The notes beneath the pieces are model-generated. The model was not told the origin of the DNA. It saw only the letters and a program-made list of their open reading frames with translations, and made no database searches. From Podarcis gaigeae (taxonomy: Eukaryota), in NCBI GenBank assembly GCA_964106915.2, contig OZ066920.1: a DNA stretch of 64,000 nt. One strand, written 5' to 3'. Positions 40,095 to 54,150 of this stretch are shown here, one piece after another (the stretch's first letter is position 1; each line of letters opens with the position of its first letter). The position numbers and the translations under genes were made by a program.

Positions 40095-42032
40095 GTAAGC
40101 GGAGAACAGCCTAACCCCTAACGGGTCTCGCCCTTCCTGCCCCATCGCAGCTTGGGTCAGAGCTCCTTTGCAGGGGGCAGGGGAAAGAACACGGCTGCCG
40201 CTGTCCATGTGCAAAGCGCCACCCCCTCCCTCAACCCAGTTCCTACCTGGGACTGAGATCTCAAGGCTTGGATTCCAGGTAAGCTTGAATGAGCCTCCGC
40301 CTTCCCTTGCTGATGCGCGCCTCCTCAACGCGATGGTGCTACCTTCTGCTTTCCCCATCCCTAGTAGTTTCGCATAGTAAAGGAGAAGGCTTTAAAACAG
40401 GACCATCCCTGCTCACCGCTCTTACATTGATGCAGCGGGCATCGTTTGAACTCAGGACAGAAGGTTTACCCTCTGGTTTACTTTGACCTAATGACTTCGA
40501 AATGACTTTATTGAAAACAGTGCTACTTTTAACTTTACTTCCAGATGACTGTTAGAAATAGGATGCGGTTGGTAAACAGCCAGGCTGACTTGGTGCTTCC
40601 CAAACATATTGCAAGTGGTAGCTGGGTTTTAGGCCATTTTAAAATGCAAATCAACCTGTTGATTTGCTTACTGTCACTCATGGTTTCAGTGTTGCTGCTC
40701 CAGCTGTTCTGACAAGCCTTATTTCTCTGGCTGGCTCTCCACAGCTCTGGTTTTGTTGTGTCTAGTACAGAGCGTGGTGCTTGATCCTCGGCAGATCTCC
40801 CTAACTTTCTCTGCCTTGTCCTGAAAAGTTCCAGGGTATGCAAGGTTCATTCACTTTCAGGCTCTCCAAGTGCTTATTGAACTGTTAATTGGTACAGGTC
40901 TTCTGAGGCTAAAACCTCAAGGCACCAGCCTTCCAGCTTTATGTACATAGCAGCCGGAGTTCCAGGAGAGTCTGCTGTTGTCTTTCGTTGTGGAGGCAAA
41001 TAGACCCCAAAGAAATCCTTTTTGCAATCTTAAAGGGAGAAACAACACTGGCTCTTGGCATTTCTGTTCTCTGTGTTCCCTGGCAGGAGGCACCCATCTC
41101 CTCTCCTGCACTGAATTAGTTTTTTTAAGGTGGAGATTTCTTTCATGTGTTCTCAGATCACAACCTGGCCCCTGGCATTTATTACTCCCATTTTGCTTCT
41201 GGCTCCACATTGATCAAGATAAAAAAATGCATCTGTTGTTTAGAAAGTGTGTTACTCTTTTTAACACCGAGAAAGAGGCAAAGCCTTCCTAAACAACTAT
41301 AGTTAACATTTTTAAGGGCAAAACACAGTTTACACAACCCACCACATTCCTGGATTTTTAGACAGAGGAAGTGATTAAGTAAGTACTTAGTTTTAGTAGT
41401 GACTTTTGTCAAACTTTTCCATCTTGATAATTTCTTTTCTCTTTTAGTGCCTAAGTGGCTGGAAGTGGAGAGTGATGGTTTGCAAATAAGAGGCACAATG
41501 CACAGAATGCTAGGTCTACCCAAGTCCCACTAAAATACATCAAATGAAGGCAGTGGATTTGATCCAACAGACGGCTTGTGTAAACTGAAGGAGCTCCTGC
41601 TCACCAGACAAGGCTGTCCTTATTTTTGCTGGTCCTCCTCCAGCTGTGACCACCCCATGTCTCATATCACACCATTCCTAAGGGTCTTTGGATGTCAGGA
41701 TCAGGAGGCTGCAATGAGATGGAGGCAACAAACTCCATCTGGAGTTCATAGGACCCAGCATAGAATGATTTATGCGATTTTTTTGCTTCAGTTCTGACTC
41801 ATCGGAACTTACATGAGCCTGTCTTTGGATTGTACCCGAAGACAATAGTTATTTTCTTTCCCAAGAGCTGCATCTACACGAGGACAAATCTGTGTGAGTT
41901 CAGTTGTACATTGTATAGTCGTCAATGCATAACTGATATATCTGGTCTGTACAATGCCTTTGGGAAGTTTTCTGTCAGATGCAAGCAAGTAAGCCACTCA
42001 ATCTGCACTGTAGGCAAGGTGCTTTGGCAGTA

Positions 42033-42252
42033 CAGTGGTACCTTGGGTTACAGACGCTTCAGGTTACAGACTCCGCTAACCCAGAAATAGTGCTTCAGGT
42101 TAAGAACTTTGCTTCAGGATGAGAACAGAAATCGTGCTGCGGCGGCACAGCAGCAGCGGGAGGCCCCATTAGCTAAAGTGGTGCTTCAGGTTAAGAAGAG
42201 TTTCAAGTTAAGAATGGACCTCCAGAACGAATCAAGCTCTTAACCCAAGGTA
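42033..42252. mobile_element. Tigger-like MITE family A, reverse orientation
   Basis: Approximate reverse complement of 202-426; right TIR truncated. Confidence 0.85.
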
Positions 42253-44803
42253 GAGGTGCAGCCACGGATGTAAATTAAAAAAATGGATGCACATTTTAAT
42301 TACATATACTTATTCCACCTTTTTTTTCATTGCTAAAGGCTAATTTAATTATTGTTAAATTTCCATTTATGTTCAACAGCTACAGAAGAGTTTATTTTTA
42401 AGTGATATAAAACTCATTAAAGTTTTTCTTTTCTGGAGATAAACTATAGAGAAAGCTAACGCAACTTACACTTTCATGGCCTTATGCAGTTTACACAAAG
42501 ATGGCTGAATTTGTATATTTTGCTAATACAGGGAAATATTTAAAAATCTCATGATATTCTAAGATACCATGCTCAGAAAAGCACATTTCCTTTCCCAGTA
42601 AGTCCAAGGCCCTCTGACATCGCTTTTACCATTATGCTTGTTATGAAGCTGCTACTCAAGAGCCACAGCATTCAAGTACAATTTGACAAATGTTAAGTAA
42701 GTTTAGTCATAAATTACCACTATCATCTGGTAGAATATTTTCTGCAAACATACACACAATCAATATCACAGAAATGGTTACGTCCAAATATGAAATTTTA
42801 TATAACAACCTATCATTGAAGGAATGCTCAGTTTCAATTGCCAATAAATTGCTTTTTCGTTTTACTTATTCCACATTTTTAGTTGATTACATATTATCTA
42901 CACTGTGTTCCTTTTAGTTTGTCCTTTTTCTGATATAATATCAGGAAGATAGTAACAGACATAATCAGCTCATTGAGCTAAATTAGCATAAACATGGCAT
43001 GAAGAAACTATGGATTTTGACAATTATTTGTGAGTTATTACAATTGAAATTAAAAGCCATTGTTTTTAAACAACTTCCATTATTTTCTATGTGAAGATTT
43101 CAGGCTACAATGAGAAATTACAACATTTGGCCATTGATTAAGAACAATTCATTAGATCGTTGGGCTTTCTAGAAATTTTCTCCATGGAAAACACAATACA
43201 TTATGGTAATCTGTCCTTTTATGAAACAACAAAAAGACTTTAAAAATATTTATTTGCTGTGGACTCGGCTTCTGCTGCTGATTGAGTTTGGAGCCCTTCT
43301 GAATTCTTGCTGGAGCAGTCAGTTCAACTACCATTTTCCTTTATCCTCATGTCTGCCAAAATGCCAGGAATACAGTCAGTGCAGTCTATGTTCTAAGTGG
43401 AGTTAGGATCTGATAACCAAAGAGAGAACCTTATGGACAATTATCATGGCAGTCTGAATAGCATAAAAGTAGTTTTCAGTCCATTGGTACCATATTTCAA
43501 GAAAGCAAATTCAGGTATTAATATTTTATCCTAACATGGTTGGTGGAAGGGCACAATGCCCCCCCCAAGATGTCAAATTCCATAAAATAACACAGAGGTG
43601 GATTTAGGGGCACATGACTGATTTCCTCGCACTGGGTGCAGAGCTTAGGGGCACCACAACTATTATGTAGAATGGAAAGGGGGAGGTGGGGGGGATTTTG
43701 GCTTTTCACAGGGCATTGCTCAAATTTGAGGTCCCAAGGTCTGCCACTGGTTAACATATCTTAAAGTGATCACATTTTCACAGAGTAGTATCCAGTCTTG
43801 CAGCCCGCTGCACCCTGGTGCAAACTAGAATTTCTGAGGATCCTCCGGAGCAAATTTAGAGGGGGCATAGGAGGCTGCAGAGTGGAGGGGAAACTGCTGA
43901 GAATTGCCACTCTGGCTTTTTCTGCTGACAAATAAATTCCATTTGCAGACAGACAACATTGGACACCACCTATATGTACAGTATTACACTGGGTTTCTAA
44001 TTTCATTCCATTTAACTTTAGAATTGTTCTGGAATGTTTACTGATCTCATGCTTTTATCTTCAAATAGCACACGTTCAACCTTTTTTGTTTTTGTTTTTT
44101 AAATAAAGGACTACTTGGATATATAGTGTGTACTAGAAAAGCCTTCAGTAAAAGATTGTGAGTGGCATAAATCTGAAACCACTATTTTATTCTTTAATCA
44201 AAGTTTATATTGGAGCAGCTAAATGAACTCCTGTAATGTGACCTTTTCATGTACATCAGGGGCTCCCCTTCAGGTGGTCCATGGCATGTCTTTGGATTTG
44301 TGGCTGAAGGCCACAAGTGGTGCATCCATTGCATCCATCTGTACAGTATTGATCTTTAATTGTATTTTTATTGCTTTTATTTCTTTTCTTTTATTGCAGT
44401 TTGAGTTCCACAGAATTCAAAGAAGCAATAAAAATAAAATAAAATGCCACAATTTTGTTTGCTCATTGACCTCTCAGCTCCACCTTTCTAATTGGTCCTA
44501 TGCATGAAACAGGTAGCATACCCGAGGAAGCTACAGCAGAGGTCCTGGATTTCAGTTTTCTACATATCAACCTAAATTTTGGTTCTAGAACCACATTTTA
44601 TTTGTTCCTGTCAGTGATGTTGACATGTGGAATGACTGCTGATGCCTCCCTAGCTTTATCTGCCAACCTATCTAGTTGAAGTATGATATCTGTTACCTTC
44701 ATGCCTGGCATGCAGGAACATCATTGTGCCATCTCCATAGCCATGACAAATCCAACTGTCTGTTTCCATTATAATCAGATCACTCACTATCAGTAGAACC
44801 TGG

Positions 44804-44896
44804 TTACAGATAGGTAGCCGTGTTGGTCTGCCATAGTCAAAACAAAAAAATTCCTTCCGGTAGCACTTTAAAGACCGACTAAGTTAGTTCTAAGTT
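44804..44896 (-). mobile_element. 3'-terminal fragment of a Neptune-type PLE
   Basis: Near-identical to 55112-55200; flanked by 12-bp duplication AGTAGAACCTGG (44792-44803, 44897-44908). Confidence 0.75.
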
Positions 44897-45514
44897 AGTA
44901 GAACCTGGGTCCCTGGTGGTGGATTCCTGGCACAAGAGGATAGTTGTTTGTTCCCTCATGAATAGTTCCTCTCTGATTCTCATTCTCTGTGACAATAGAG
45001 TCCATGGTAGTGAAATGCTTTTGGCATGTCTTTAAAGACCCCATCCACAAACTTCTCTGCCTCTCTGTTTCTCCAGGTTGACGACTTTGGTCTTAAGGGA
45101 TCAAACTTGTTCCCTGAGAGGCAAGAATTCATTGCACTAATTACACTCTCAAGGCTTCTGTCCAGCAGGTACATGTGCCATTTTGTGCAACACACGTGAT
45201 ACAATGGCTTTTTGTTGTTCACTTGGGAATTTGTAATATTACATTTTTAATTGTAATATTAAAATGGGAAAGAGTGGACTGTCTGTACCGGTCTCCTCAC
45301 CCTGTTGCTAAACTCACACAGGTGTCCAGTTTGCTTGTTTGTTTTTCTTTGATACTTTTTCTCAGTGGGTTTGAGGCATTTTCTCATCGGGGGTTTCCTC
45401 TCCTGCAGTTTATCTTGCTTGCATGATTCCTTGCTCCTCTGCCCCACCCGCTTGTATGACATACCTTATCGACAATATGCAACAAAATCCTTTGTTTTCG
45501 AAAACAATGAAGAA

Positions 45515-45665
45515 TTTTGTGGTACTTTAAAGACTAGCACATCTGGTATGAGATAACCTGGTATGGATGGGAGTGCAATTCATCATATGCAACACTTCAT
45601 CACAGATCTGATGAAGTAGACTCTCGTTTATGAAATCTAATGCTACAACAAATCTGTTAGTCTGT
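45515..45665 (+). mobile_element. Degenerate PLE pLTR with decayed hammerhead
   Basis: CTGATGA-AGTAGAC..GTTTAT-GAAA at 45608-45635; AAATCTGTTAGTCT is roughly inverted to AGACTAGCACATCT at the left end. Confidence 0.5.
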
Positions 45666-47704
45666 AACTGTATATAGTTGGTGGACTTACTATGCCATAG
45701 TTCATTGCCCATTCCTGCCAACATGGATTCTAGCAAGCGTAGTATTTTTCATCCTCTTTATTCATTGACCAGAAGGTTTTTTAAAAACAAAAACAAAAAG
45801 TTCTTTTCACAGTAAGTTGAAGACATTTCCATTCCAAAGCAACAAAGCCTTCTTGGTGTGCTTGGTTGATATTTCTGTCTCTGGATGGAACTGCCTTCAG
45901 TTCACTCTGATAAGCTATCTCATTTGCCACATTTCCTGTAAAAATAGTGGGCCCATGCATGATCAGAGGTCTCGACTGCACAGAGCTGAAAACTTGGGGA
46001 AAGCCCTCTGCATTTGCAGAAATGCTTGGCTGCCATATCCTTCCCATCCCATCACCCCTCATAAGTTTGGGGAAAATATAGTAAAGGAGATGGTGATAGA
46101 AATTGGCAGATGAAAGAGCTGGTGGGTCTTGTCATGCACTGGAGAATTTTTATCATAAGCTGAATACTTTTCTAAGCATTCTCAAGGCTTGGGGAAAACC
46201 CAAACCAATTCTGAATTGATTGAAATGATTAATTGCATGTGGATGCCCCACCAATGAAGTATTAAGTTTTATGTATTAAGTACAATTACGTATAAGAATT
46301 GCAAAGCATGGTGTATTCTGAAGTTTGCTATTCTGTGAGTGTATAGTTATACTTCTTAGATTCCTTAGTTACTCTTTATTTTCCCTGATGACTCTCTTAA
46401 ATTAATAGCCCTAAAACCACAGAGGTGGTTTCTACTTGATAAAAAATGTGAGAAGGTAATCACATGTTTTAGAAAAAGGAGCACAAATGTATATTCTTTT
46501 GATGCTTGAATCACAGCACCTGTTGTTTTTCTTGAATTCCCATAGTATGAGTCTTATTAAATAGTGATTGAGTTGCTTCTTGCTTTGATTTCCCCTTACT
46601 ATGACTGAGACCTAATTTATTTGCCCTACTTTTATAATGTCAGTTTCGAACTGTGGGGCTGACATGCTATCCCTCATTTCACTGGCAAACATCCCAGTCC
46701 AGCAAAATATACTACAAGCAAGCATAGCAGATACTAATTGGAGTAATGGCTTCAAACTAAATCTCTCACAGTTCAGTTCCTAAATAAGCAACTGACCCAA
46801 TATGTGTAGGTTTCTTGCTGATAGAAGGTTTTAAATTGAGAGAAAACATAACATTTTTCATCATTTGCTATGCTGGACAGTGGTTTGCATAAATAAATGC
46901 CTCAGTCATCCTTTATTTCTCTTGCCTTTCTGACTCTGCTCTAACTTCGTTTGTTGTTATTTTTGCCTCCTCTGTGTCTCATATCCTCAGGGGTAGCTTG
47001 GGGGGCATGGGAAGCTGCAGTGAGTTGGGGAAACAGCAAAAAAAATGGGAGCCCCACCTTGCACAAGCAGAAATGCTTAGTGCTTACTCAAAGCCACCAC
47101 TGGATACAACCCAATAATAGTAGTCTTAATAATAATATGAAACATTTGGACCATAAGGTCCGTTGCTCAAATTACAAGGGAACCAGAAGGAGCTTGGGTC
47201 ACTTACTTTTGTGGAGACTTCCTTAGTTACCGTTCACTATTTATGGGGTGGGTGGTTGATGATTTGATTAACATTGGAATAAGCAATAACCACTGAGTGC
47301 AAATGCACTTGCACTGGATACTAGAGTCTCAAGGCAGAGAAAATGAAACAGATGCAGAACAAAGTGTTATTAAATGTCACATACAATTTTGGACACTGGG
47401 TGCCAGTGACTACATCAAAAGATACAGTGATAACAGGGGGGTGGAAATAGATTCAGGTAGTAATATTTGCCTTTGAAACGGGAGATATAATCAGAGCAGC
47501 AGCCAGATATGCATTCATGGATTGCACTCCCTCACTTGGATTTGATGCAAAGGAAAAACAGGTATTGGAGTCATAGATTCTGATGATCCCATACTTCACT
47601 CTCCCTCTGCCCCATTGGTTTCATGTAGATGAGAGGTGGGTAATCATTTGGCTACATGAGCAAGATCCTTATCAAGATCTGCCTCCTAGGTCAAATTTGA
47701 TATG

Positions 47705-47930
47705 TGTATAGTGTCTTTCTGGCATCTGTATCGGGGGGACAAGGGAGGAGTGTACCTTTGGGGGTGAAGTCAAACTGTTGGAAGGTTGAAGTGCCTGCTG
47801 TGGCTGTAGAGACTGATACGGAAAAGACATGTTTTGTTGCTGGTGGGGCAGATGAAGGCATCTGGTTGTGCTGCTACAGATGCCCCATGGTATTTCTTGA
47901 CTCTGCACTCTTCCCAGTGGTCATACACGG
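47705..47930 (-). mobile_element. RTE-clade LINE 3' end
   Basis: FICPTSNKTCLFRISLYSHSRH is a degenerate RTE C-terminal Cys/His motif, followed by a short 3'UTR. Confidence 0.6.
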
Positions 47931-48613
47931 TGGTTTGCAAGCCTCCCTGCACTGCCATTTAAAGCTTTCAGTTGCAAAGGCTTAAAAAGGAAGTGGAAGG
48001 AACCAAAGTCTTCCCATGCTTCCATTTCAGGCCTCCAGAATCAGGAACTCATAGGGAGTGGAGAAACTTGTAGAATACTTTAAAATAGCCCCTATGCTCT
48101 CATTTGATCCTCCAGAGGCTCAAACAGGAGTATAGGGGCTTCATTACTTTGTGGAAGCCTCTTTAAAGCATCTGTCACATGCACGGTGCTTCAAAGGGTG
48201 CATTTGCACAGGGCTTTTATCCTCGCTCAGTGGATGACAGCCTGTGCAGGATTAAATCCTATCCTTCTGCCCATCATCTGATGGGCAGGGTGGCATGGGT
48301 TCAGGAAAAAGGTCTCACAAGCCCAATTGGATCCACTGGTGAGCCAAGACTGGCCCATGGGCTAGAGGTTCTCAACCTCAATGTACATGTTAAAAGGCAT
48401 GGGGGACAAAATTGAAGCTAAAAAGTCTACTCTCATGGAAAGGATGAAAAAATTGATTATTACTACCACCACCATCACCACTGTTACTGCTACTATTAAT
48501 TGCTTATACCCCTCCCACCCAATTGGGATGCCCCAGCTGCTCTGGGCAGCTTCCAACATAAGATAAGCACAGTGAGACATCAGACATTACAAACTTCCTA
48601 ATACAGGGAGTAA

Positions 48614-48968
48614 GGGAAACAGGTGGCATTGTGGGTTAAACCACAGAGCCTAGGACTTGCCAATCAGAAGGTTGACTGTTCGAATCCCCGCGACGGGGTG
48701 AGCTCCCATTGCTCGGTCCCAGCTCCTGTCAACCTAGCAGTTCAAAAGCACCTCAGAGTGCAAGTAGATAAATAGATACCGCTCTGGCGGGAAGGTAAAC
48801 AGTGTTTCCATGCGCTGCTCTGGTTCCCCAGAAGCGGCTTGGTCATGCTGGCCACATGACCCGGAAGCTGTACGCCAGCTCCCTCGGCCAATAAAGCGAG
48901 ATGAGGGCTGCAACCCCAGAGTTGGCCACGACTGGACCTGGTCGGGGTCCCTTTACCTTTTACCTTTA
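48614..48968 (+). mobile_element. Sauria SINE
   Basis: Homologous to 8011-8369; (ACCTTT)n tail; TSD CCTAATACAG(G/C)GAGTAAG. Confidence 0.92.
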
Positions 48969-50979
48969 CCTAATACAGCGAGTAAGTAACCTGGGGGGAA
49001 GTACAATAAAACCTGGTGGGAAATAGAGATGTGCTTTGGATATGGATGAATTCCAAGCCAAGGCAGGGTGCTTCTGAGAGATTTTGAGTTTGTCTGAGAT
49101 GAAGTAGGATGTGTGCAAAGCTGCATAAGTCAAAGCAGGGACCCTTGAAATGCCCTGTTGTGCCTCAGCAAGCCATACATAAAAAGCAATTAGTAAATGT
49201 CTCCAAGCTTACCATATAAGGGAAAGACCAAGCTATTGCGGGAGGAGGGAAAGGAAGCAGCTTTGCAAAATTAAAAGACTTGCTCTAGCTTAAGAAAAAT
49301 TACAGGATCAAGAAGGTGGAATTAGCTTGTAATCAGAGGGAATGATTTTGCCCACTCCAGAATCACCTATACAGCCTGCCTAGCACAAAAGCCCTGGGTC
49401 TTATCTGTCTGCAGTTTGGTAAGTGTCTTACTCTAGGGTATCTCTCCCTATCTCTTCAATTTTCAGCCCACAAAATACTATGGAACTTTGTGATATTTCT
49501 ATTTATTCAATTCTATCCTAAAATATTTTATCCAATTCTATCCTAAAATAAAAATATCCTATGGGAATTTTCTTTTTTTAAAAATTAAAAAATTAAATGT
49601 GCCGAGCACAGATATCCCTACACTCATTTGTCCATAATTTGGTAAGCTTTATCTGGGTGGGTGAAAATATAAGAGCTTGACATTGCTATTGAATTCTGGA
49701 CAAAGTTACAGATATTCTTGGATTTGCCAATAGTGAATGGAGGTGGGTGTAGAGAAAAATGAAGTAGACATAGACTGAACTTGAGTCAAAATCAAGCGGC
49801 TAACAAAACACCACAGGTCAAGGTGGACTGTTTCCCAACACACCAATGTGAGATCTGAATTTTGTGATCAGTGTGTAGCCCATGGACAAATAATTTTGAA
49901 GGGCAAGGTATGCTTTTTACAATACATGGAAATTAATTAGACCCAATCAATATGTAGGGAAATAAGTGATGGGCCGATGAACAATTTCATACCAGATTTG
50001 TGGTTGAACAGAGGCCTTTGCTATTGAACATTTGCTTTCAGGTCATCAGTTTGAATAAATCTATCTTAGAAGAAGGCCTATGAACAAACTGTTGAATGAG
50101 CAAAATCAAAACATTGATTTTACTCAGTGCTTTAGATATGAACAAACATGTAAGAGTGACAGGCCTCTCTGCCTTAAGGCATTTTAATCTGATTAAGAGA
50201 ATGGAAGTAAACAAAGAATAGAAAATGATCAAATAGAATAAGGGTTGTATCAGCACGAGGCCACCCTTATGTTTTTGGTGACTGTATCTAGTGATGTATC
50301 TTTATCAGTGATGGCATTCTTGCAACACGTTCAATTAAGTTTGGAATGAAATAAGCAACAATGTAGATGATTGTGTTAGAAAGCTTTCTAGAAAAGGAAT
50401 AATATAGGGATGGACTTAAGGGACTAAATTATTTTGAGAGGATGATAAATACCTGGTTTAAATGTACAGCAACATGTTATTAAGCAGAGCTACACATGAG
50501 ACATGTGCCTGTGTAATCCATTCCCACACTGCCTATACCCTTCTCTCCATGCCATGATTTAAGACTTGTTCAGATAATAAGTAATGCCCTTCTGTTATGA
50601 CCAAACTGGGCCAATTAGAAACTGACACCAGCTCATGTTTTCAAAGACTGGTTTGATCTGAACCTGGCAACCATGGTTCCCAGTTTAGATGTCAAAAGAA
50701 ACTATGGTTACTCACACCAGCAATCACCATGGGTTATGAAGTTGGCTTGTTTAGAATAACCGTAGTTTGAGATAATCCATTATCTTATATATGATGAAAC
50801 AACAAGGGAAAGTCAAAAGCATTTGAACTTTTATTATTTGCTGGGTGAGAAGAGGACAGGGAAGCACTCATGTAATGCCAAACCATGACTTAGTGTTATA
50901 TCTGAACATTAGCATTATGTCTAAATTGGGCCACCGTACTTTTTTGGTGTCATTGTATCTGGGTATTTCCATGACTAGT

Positions 50980-51321
50980 AAAGGTAAAGGTAAAGGGACC
51001 CCTGACCATTAGGTCCAGTCATGGCCGACTCTAGGGTTGCAGCCCTCATCTCACTTTATTGGCCGAGGGAGCCGGCGTACAGCTTACGGGTCATGTGGCC
51101 AGCATGACTAAGCCGCTTCTGGTGAACCAGAGCAGCGCACGGAAACGCCGTTTACCTTCCCGCCGGAGCGGTACCTATTTATCTACTTGCACTTTGACGT
51201 GCTTTCAAACTGCTAGGTTGGCAGGAGCAGGGACCGAGCAACGGGAGCTCACCCCGTCGTGGGGATTCGAACCATCAACCTTCTGATCGGCAAGTCCTAG
51301 GCTCTGTGGTTTAACCCACAG
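50980..51321 (-). mobile_element. Sauria SINE, slightly 5'-truncated
   Basis: (AAAGGT)n tail; GGATTCGAACC (B-box antisense); TSD TGACTAGT. Confidence 0.92.
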
Positions 51322-52589
51322 TGACTAGTGCAGTGTAAATGCATAGGAAAAATGCAAAAAGTGGATAGCAAAAACAAAGACCTATGTAGTTTTATGGAAG
51401 TGTAGGTTCAAAGTTGAGACCACAGAAATAGACATAGAACAATAAAAATATTTCATTTTTAGGGTTAGTTTTTTGTTTTAGTCATGTCTTGCAATTTTTA
51501 AATAGTGGGTGAGTCCTAAGCATTTAGAGCAAAAGCAAAACAAATAAAAACTGTTTAGTGTTCATACTAGATGGTTATTAATCAATATGCTCCTAGAACA
51601 AAGGACTTTTATGAAAAAGCTGTCCCCCCCCTCCTTTGGAAGGAAAGGTGGGATGTAAATTGAATTAATAATTTTGGGCAGTAGTCAACTAAGTTTGAAC
51701 CATTAGAATGAAGGAAAATGTCTAAGCCCATTAATTTCAATGGGTCTATTCTGAGTAAAAGTTAGTGGTTTTGAAATGTGACAAAATGCATATTTTTCTC
51801 ATGTCATAGCAAAAAAGTAAAAGGAAAAATAATAATAAAATAGCAACAACTATAATACGGATATGTAAACTGTGGATGTCATCCTGGGAACTTTGAAAAA
51901 GGTTTGTATCACTTTACTAAATCAGATTTCTGAATTGGAAACATTTATTTGTAGACCAGGGGTCACCAACCTTTTTGGACCAGTGAATGCTTGGTCTTTA
52001 GCTCTGGCACAGCAGAAGACATACGTGAACCTCTTAACAATGTTTTTACAATCGCCTTCTTGGGGATTGGGAGGGCAGGACTTTAACACCCACCTACACC
52101 TATTGTGTAGTAGTATTTGCAGAAAATCACCTATAAGGGACTACCTAATCGTAGACAAAACCATCACAGGAAAGATGCATCCTAGTTGCTAGGGGAAAAG
52201 GAAGGGCAAAGTGGAGATTCTAAGCACTAGAAAATAAGACAGATTCAGGAAAAGTGCACTAAAAGGGAGGGGAAAGCATAGGGCCCTGGGGATTACTGTT
52301 GCCTGGTGTCCAAACAACTAACTTTTCATTTACGGCTCTGACTTCACGTACTGGCTAAGAACACTAACAAGCAGAAGCAGCAAGTCTAGTTCATTTCACA
52401 GAAATTGCTTAGAAGGGTACCTGTAAATTGTTCTCCATGACTTTCCTTCAAGGAGGGCTAGAGACTTGCTTTCTCTTTTAAAGTTCAGAGTCCTTTCTGG
52501 GATGACAATGATGGTTTTCATGAGTGCAGTGAATGTCACTGGATTGGTGACTCCTGATGCATACATTTTCTGGCTGCTTCCCTTCGTAT

Positions 52590-53418
52590 TGCGTGGACAG
52601 GCAGAGTCCCCAGATCCCGCGCGGTCCCCCCGTCATGTGGAATAACGACTCAAGACAACGTGCTATGGGATTAAATTGGCCACAACTTTATTAAATTTCA
52701 AATGTGGGTAGACCTTGGCTCAGGCATTGGGCGTTCTCCCTCCCCAGTCCCCAGCCAGGGACCTAGGGAGCATCAGGGTTATCCAGTGTGTGTGTGGGGG
52801 GGGATGGGCCGGCTCTGGAGAACATATGTTCAAGCAGAGATAACCGCCCCCGTTACGCCGCCGCCGCAGGGGAGAGCAATGACGACCTTTCGGCGTACGG
52901 TCAAAGCCTCCCTTCAGAAAACCCCTTTAACGGGGAACCCTGGTATTGCCGCCGCAAAGAGGAAGATGGACAAAAGGATTCCGCCCAAGGCCTGATACCG
53001 CCAAAGTTGTGACGTTTTGCTACGGGAAAGGCGAAACCTGCCAATGCAGGGAAATTCCTTTCCGGCCCTTTAACAGTGACCTTAACGTAGCAGCGCCCGC
53101 ATACCTGTGAAGAAAAGTTAACCTGCAAAACCTGTGAAGAAAAGTTAACCTGCAAAATAAGACATTAACTGAGGGTGGGTAGGGTGGGAGAAGCTCTGGA
53201 GCCAAGTGAGGATTCCCAGGTAAGATCCTCCCTCTATTGTGTGGGCAGGTAATCCCTCCCCTACCTGGCCTGGTCTCCTTGGCAACTCTTCCCCCAGGTG
53301 GGATTGGACAACTGACTGAGGTAGGTGGAGACCTCCAGGTATCCCACCTGAGGGAAGGCAAAGCCAAGCCTATGCTGTTGGAGCTACTCCAGATCTAGGG
53401 GCTGCAGGCGTCCACGCA
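52590..53418 (-). mobile_element. Young LTR, probably a 3' LTR with a short internal stub to about 53465
   Basis: Perfect 9-bp terminal IR TGCGTGGAC...GTCCACGCA; AATAAA on the minus strand near 52687-52692; CpG-rich; purine-rich AAAACGGGGGG just 5' on the minus strand; no TSD. Confidence 0.65.
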
Positions 53419-53739
53419 AAGGGCGCCCCCCGTTTTAAGCGGGGAGCGGTCATTCCTGCCCAGTGATCCTCAGAGATGGAGTACACAGTCAGCTCAGGTT
53501 TTACATCTGTTCCTAAACCACTAACCACAGTGAAGGATTTTTTTTTTAAAATGTACCTCCACATGGAGAATTTCTGGTAGATGCAAAATAGCATGCTGGG
53601 GGGAAGGGTTCTATCGTAGCCTATCTTTCTAAATGATGGTATATACAGGGAGTTCAGACATTCAGTCCCTCGCCTTCATCCCTATTGTATCACAAACTGG
53701 TTCATAAGTGCAAATCAATGCTTTCTAATGCAGATAGGC

Positions 53740-54019
53740 CAGGGGTCTGCAACCCACGACTCCGGAGCCGCATGTGGCTCTTTTATACCTTTGCCGCGAC
53801 TCCGGGGCGGATACTAGCGAGGGGAGGAGGCGCATTGTGCTCCCCGACACTCCCCACTGTGGCGGGCGCTGTACTGGCTGTGACGTCGCATGGGGGCGGT
53901 GCGTGCGTTAGTCACGCACCGTCCCGACGTCACCTTCCCGCCCGTTGCGGCTCCCAGGTTTTTTTTCTTCGGAAACGGGTCCAAGTGGCTCTTTTTGTCT
54001 TAAAGGTTGCAGACCCCTG
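53740..54019. mobile_element. hAT (Charlie-like) MITE, 280 bp
   Basis: Perfect 15-bp TIR CAGGGGTCTGCAACC; perfect 8-bp TSD AGATAGGC. Confidence 0.95.
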
Positions 54020-54106
54020 AGATAGGCTTTAAGGAACTCTTTGATATTTTTAACCACAGAAGTGCAGCTGTAATCCCTCCTAATTTATTCTATAGTGCTA
54101 TGAACA

Positions 54107-54150
54107 ATTATTATTATTATTATTATTATTGTTGTTATTGTTATTATTAT
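54107..54150. repeat. (TTA)n/(TTG)n microsatellite
   Basis: Direct reading. Confidence 0.9.

Larger units (their letters stand above)
38700..40330 (+). promoter_or_regulatory. ALKAL1: CpG island / promoter and 5'UTR of ALKAL1
   Basis: Abrupt rise in GC and CpG; TATAAAT at about 39096-39102; GC box GGGCGGGG at about 39158. Confidence 0.85.

Noticed and set aside
39082-40358. Many overlapping long ORFs on both strands
   Set aside because: Expected from stop-codon depletion in a CpG island; only 39689(+) has a signal peptide, donor site and recognisable homology.
53419-53432. GGGCGCCC resembling a tRNA-Lys primer-binding site
   Set aside because: The match stops after 7 nt, and the polyA signal indicates minus orientation, making this the PPT side.
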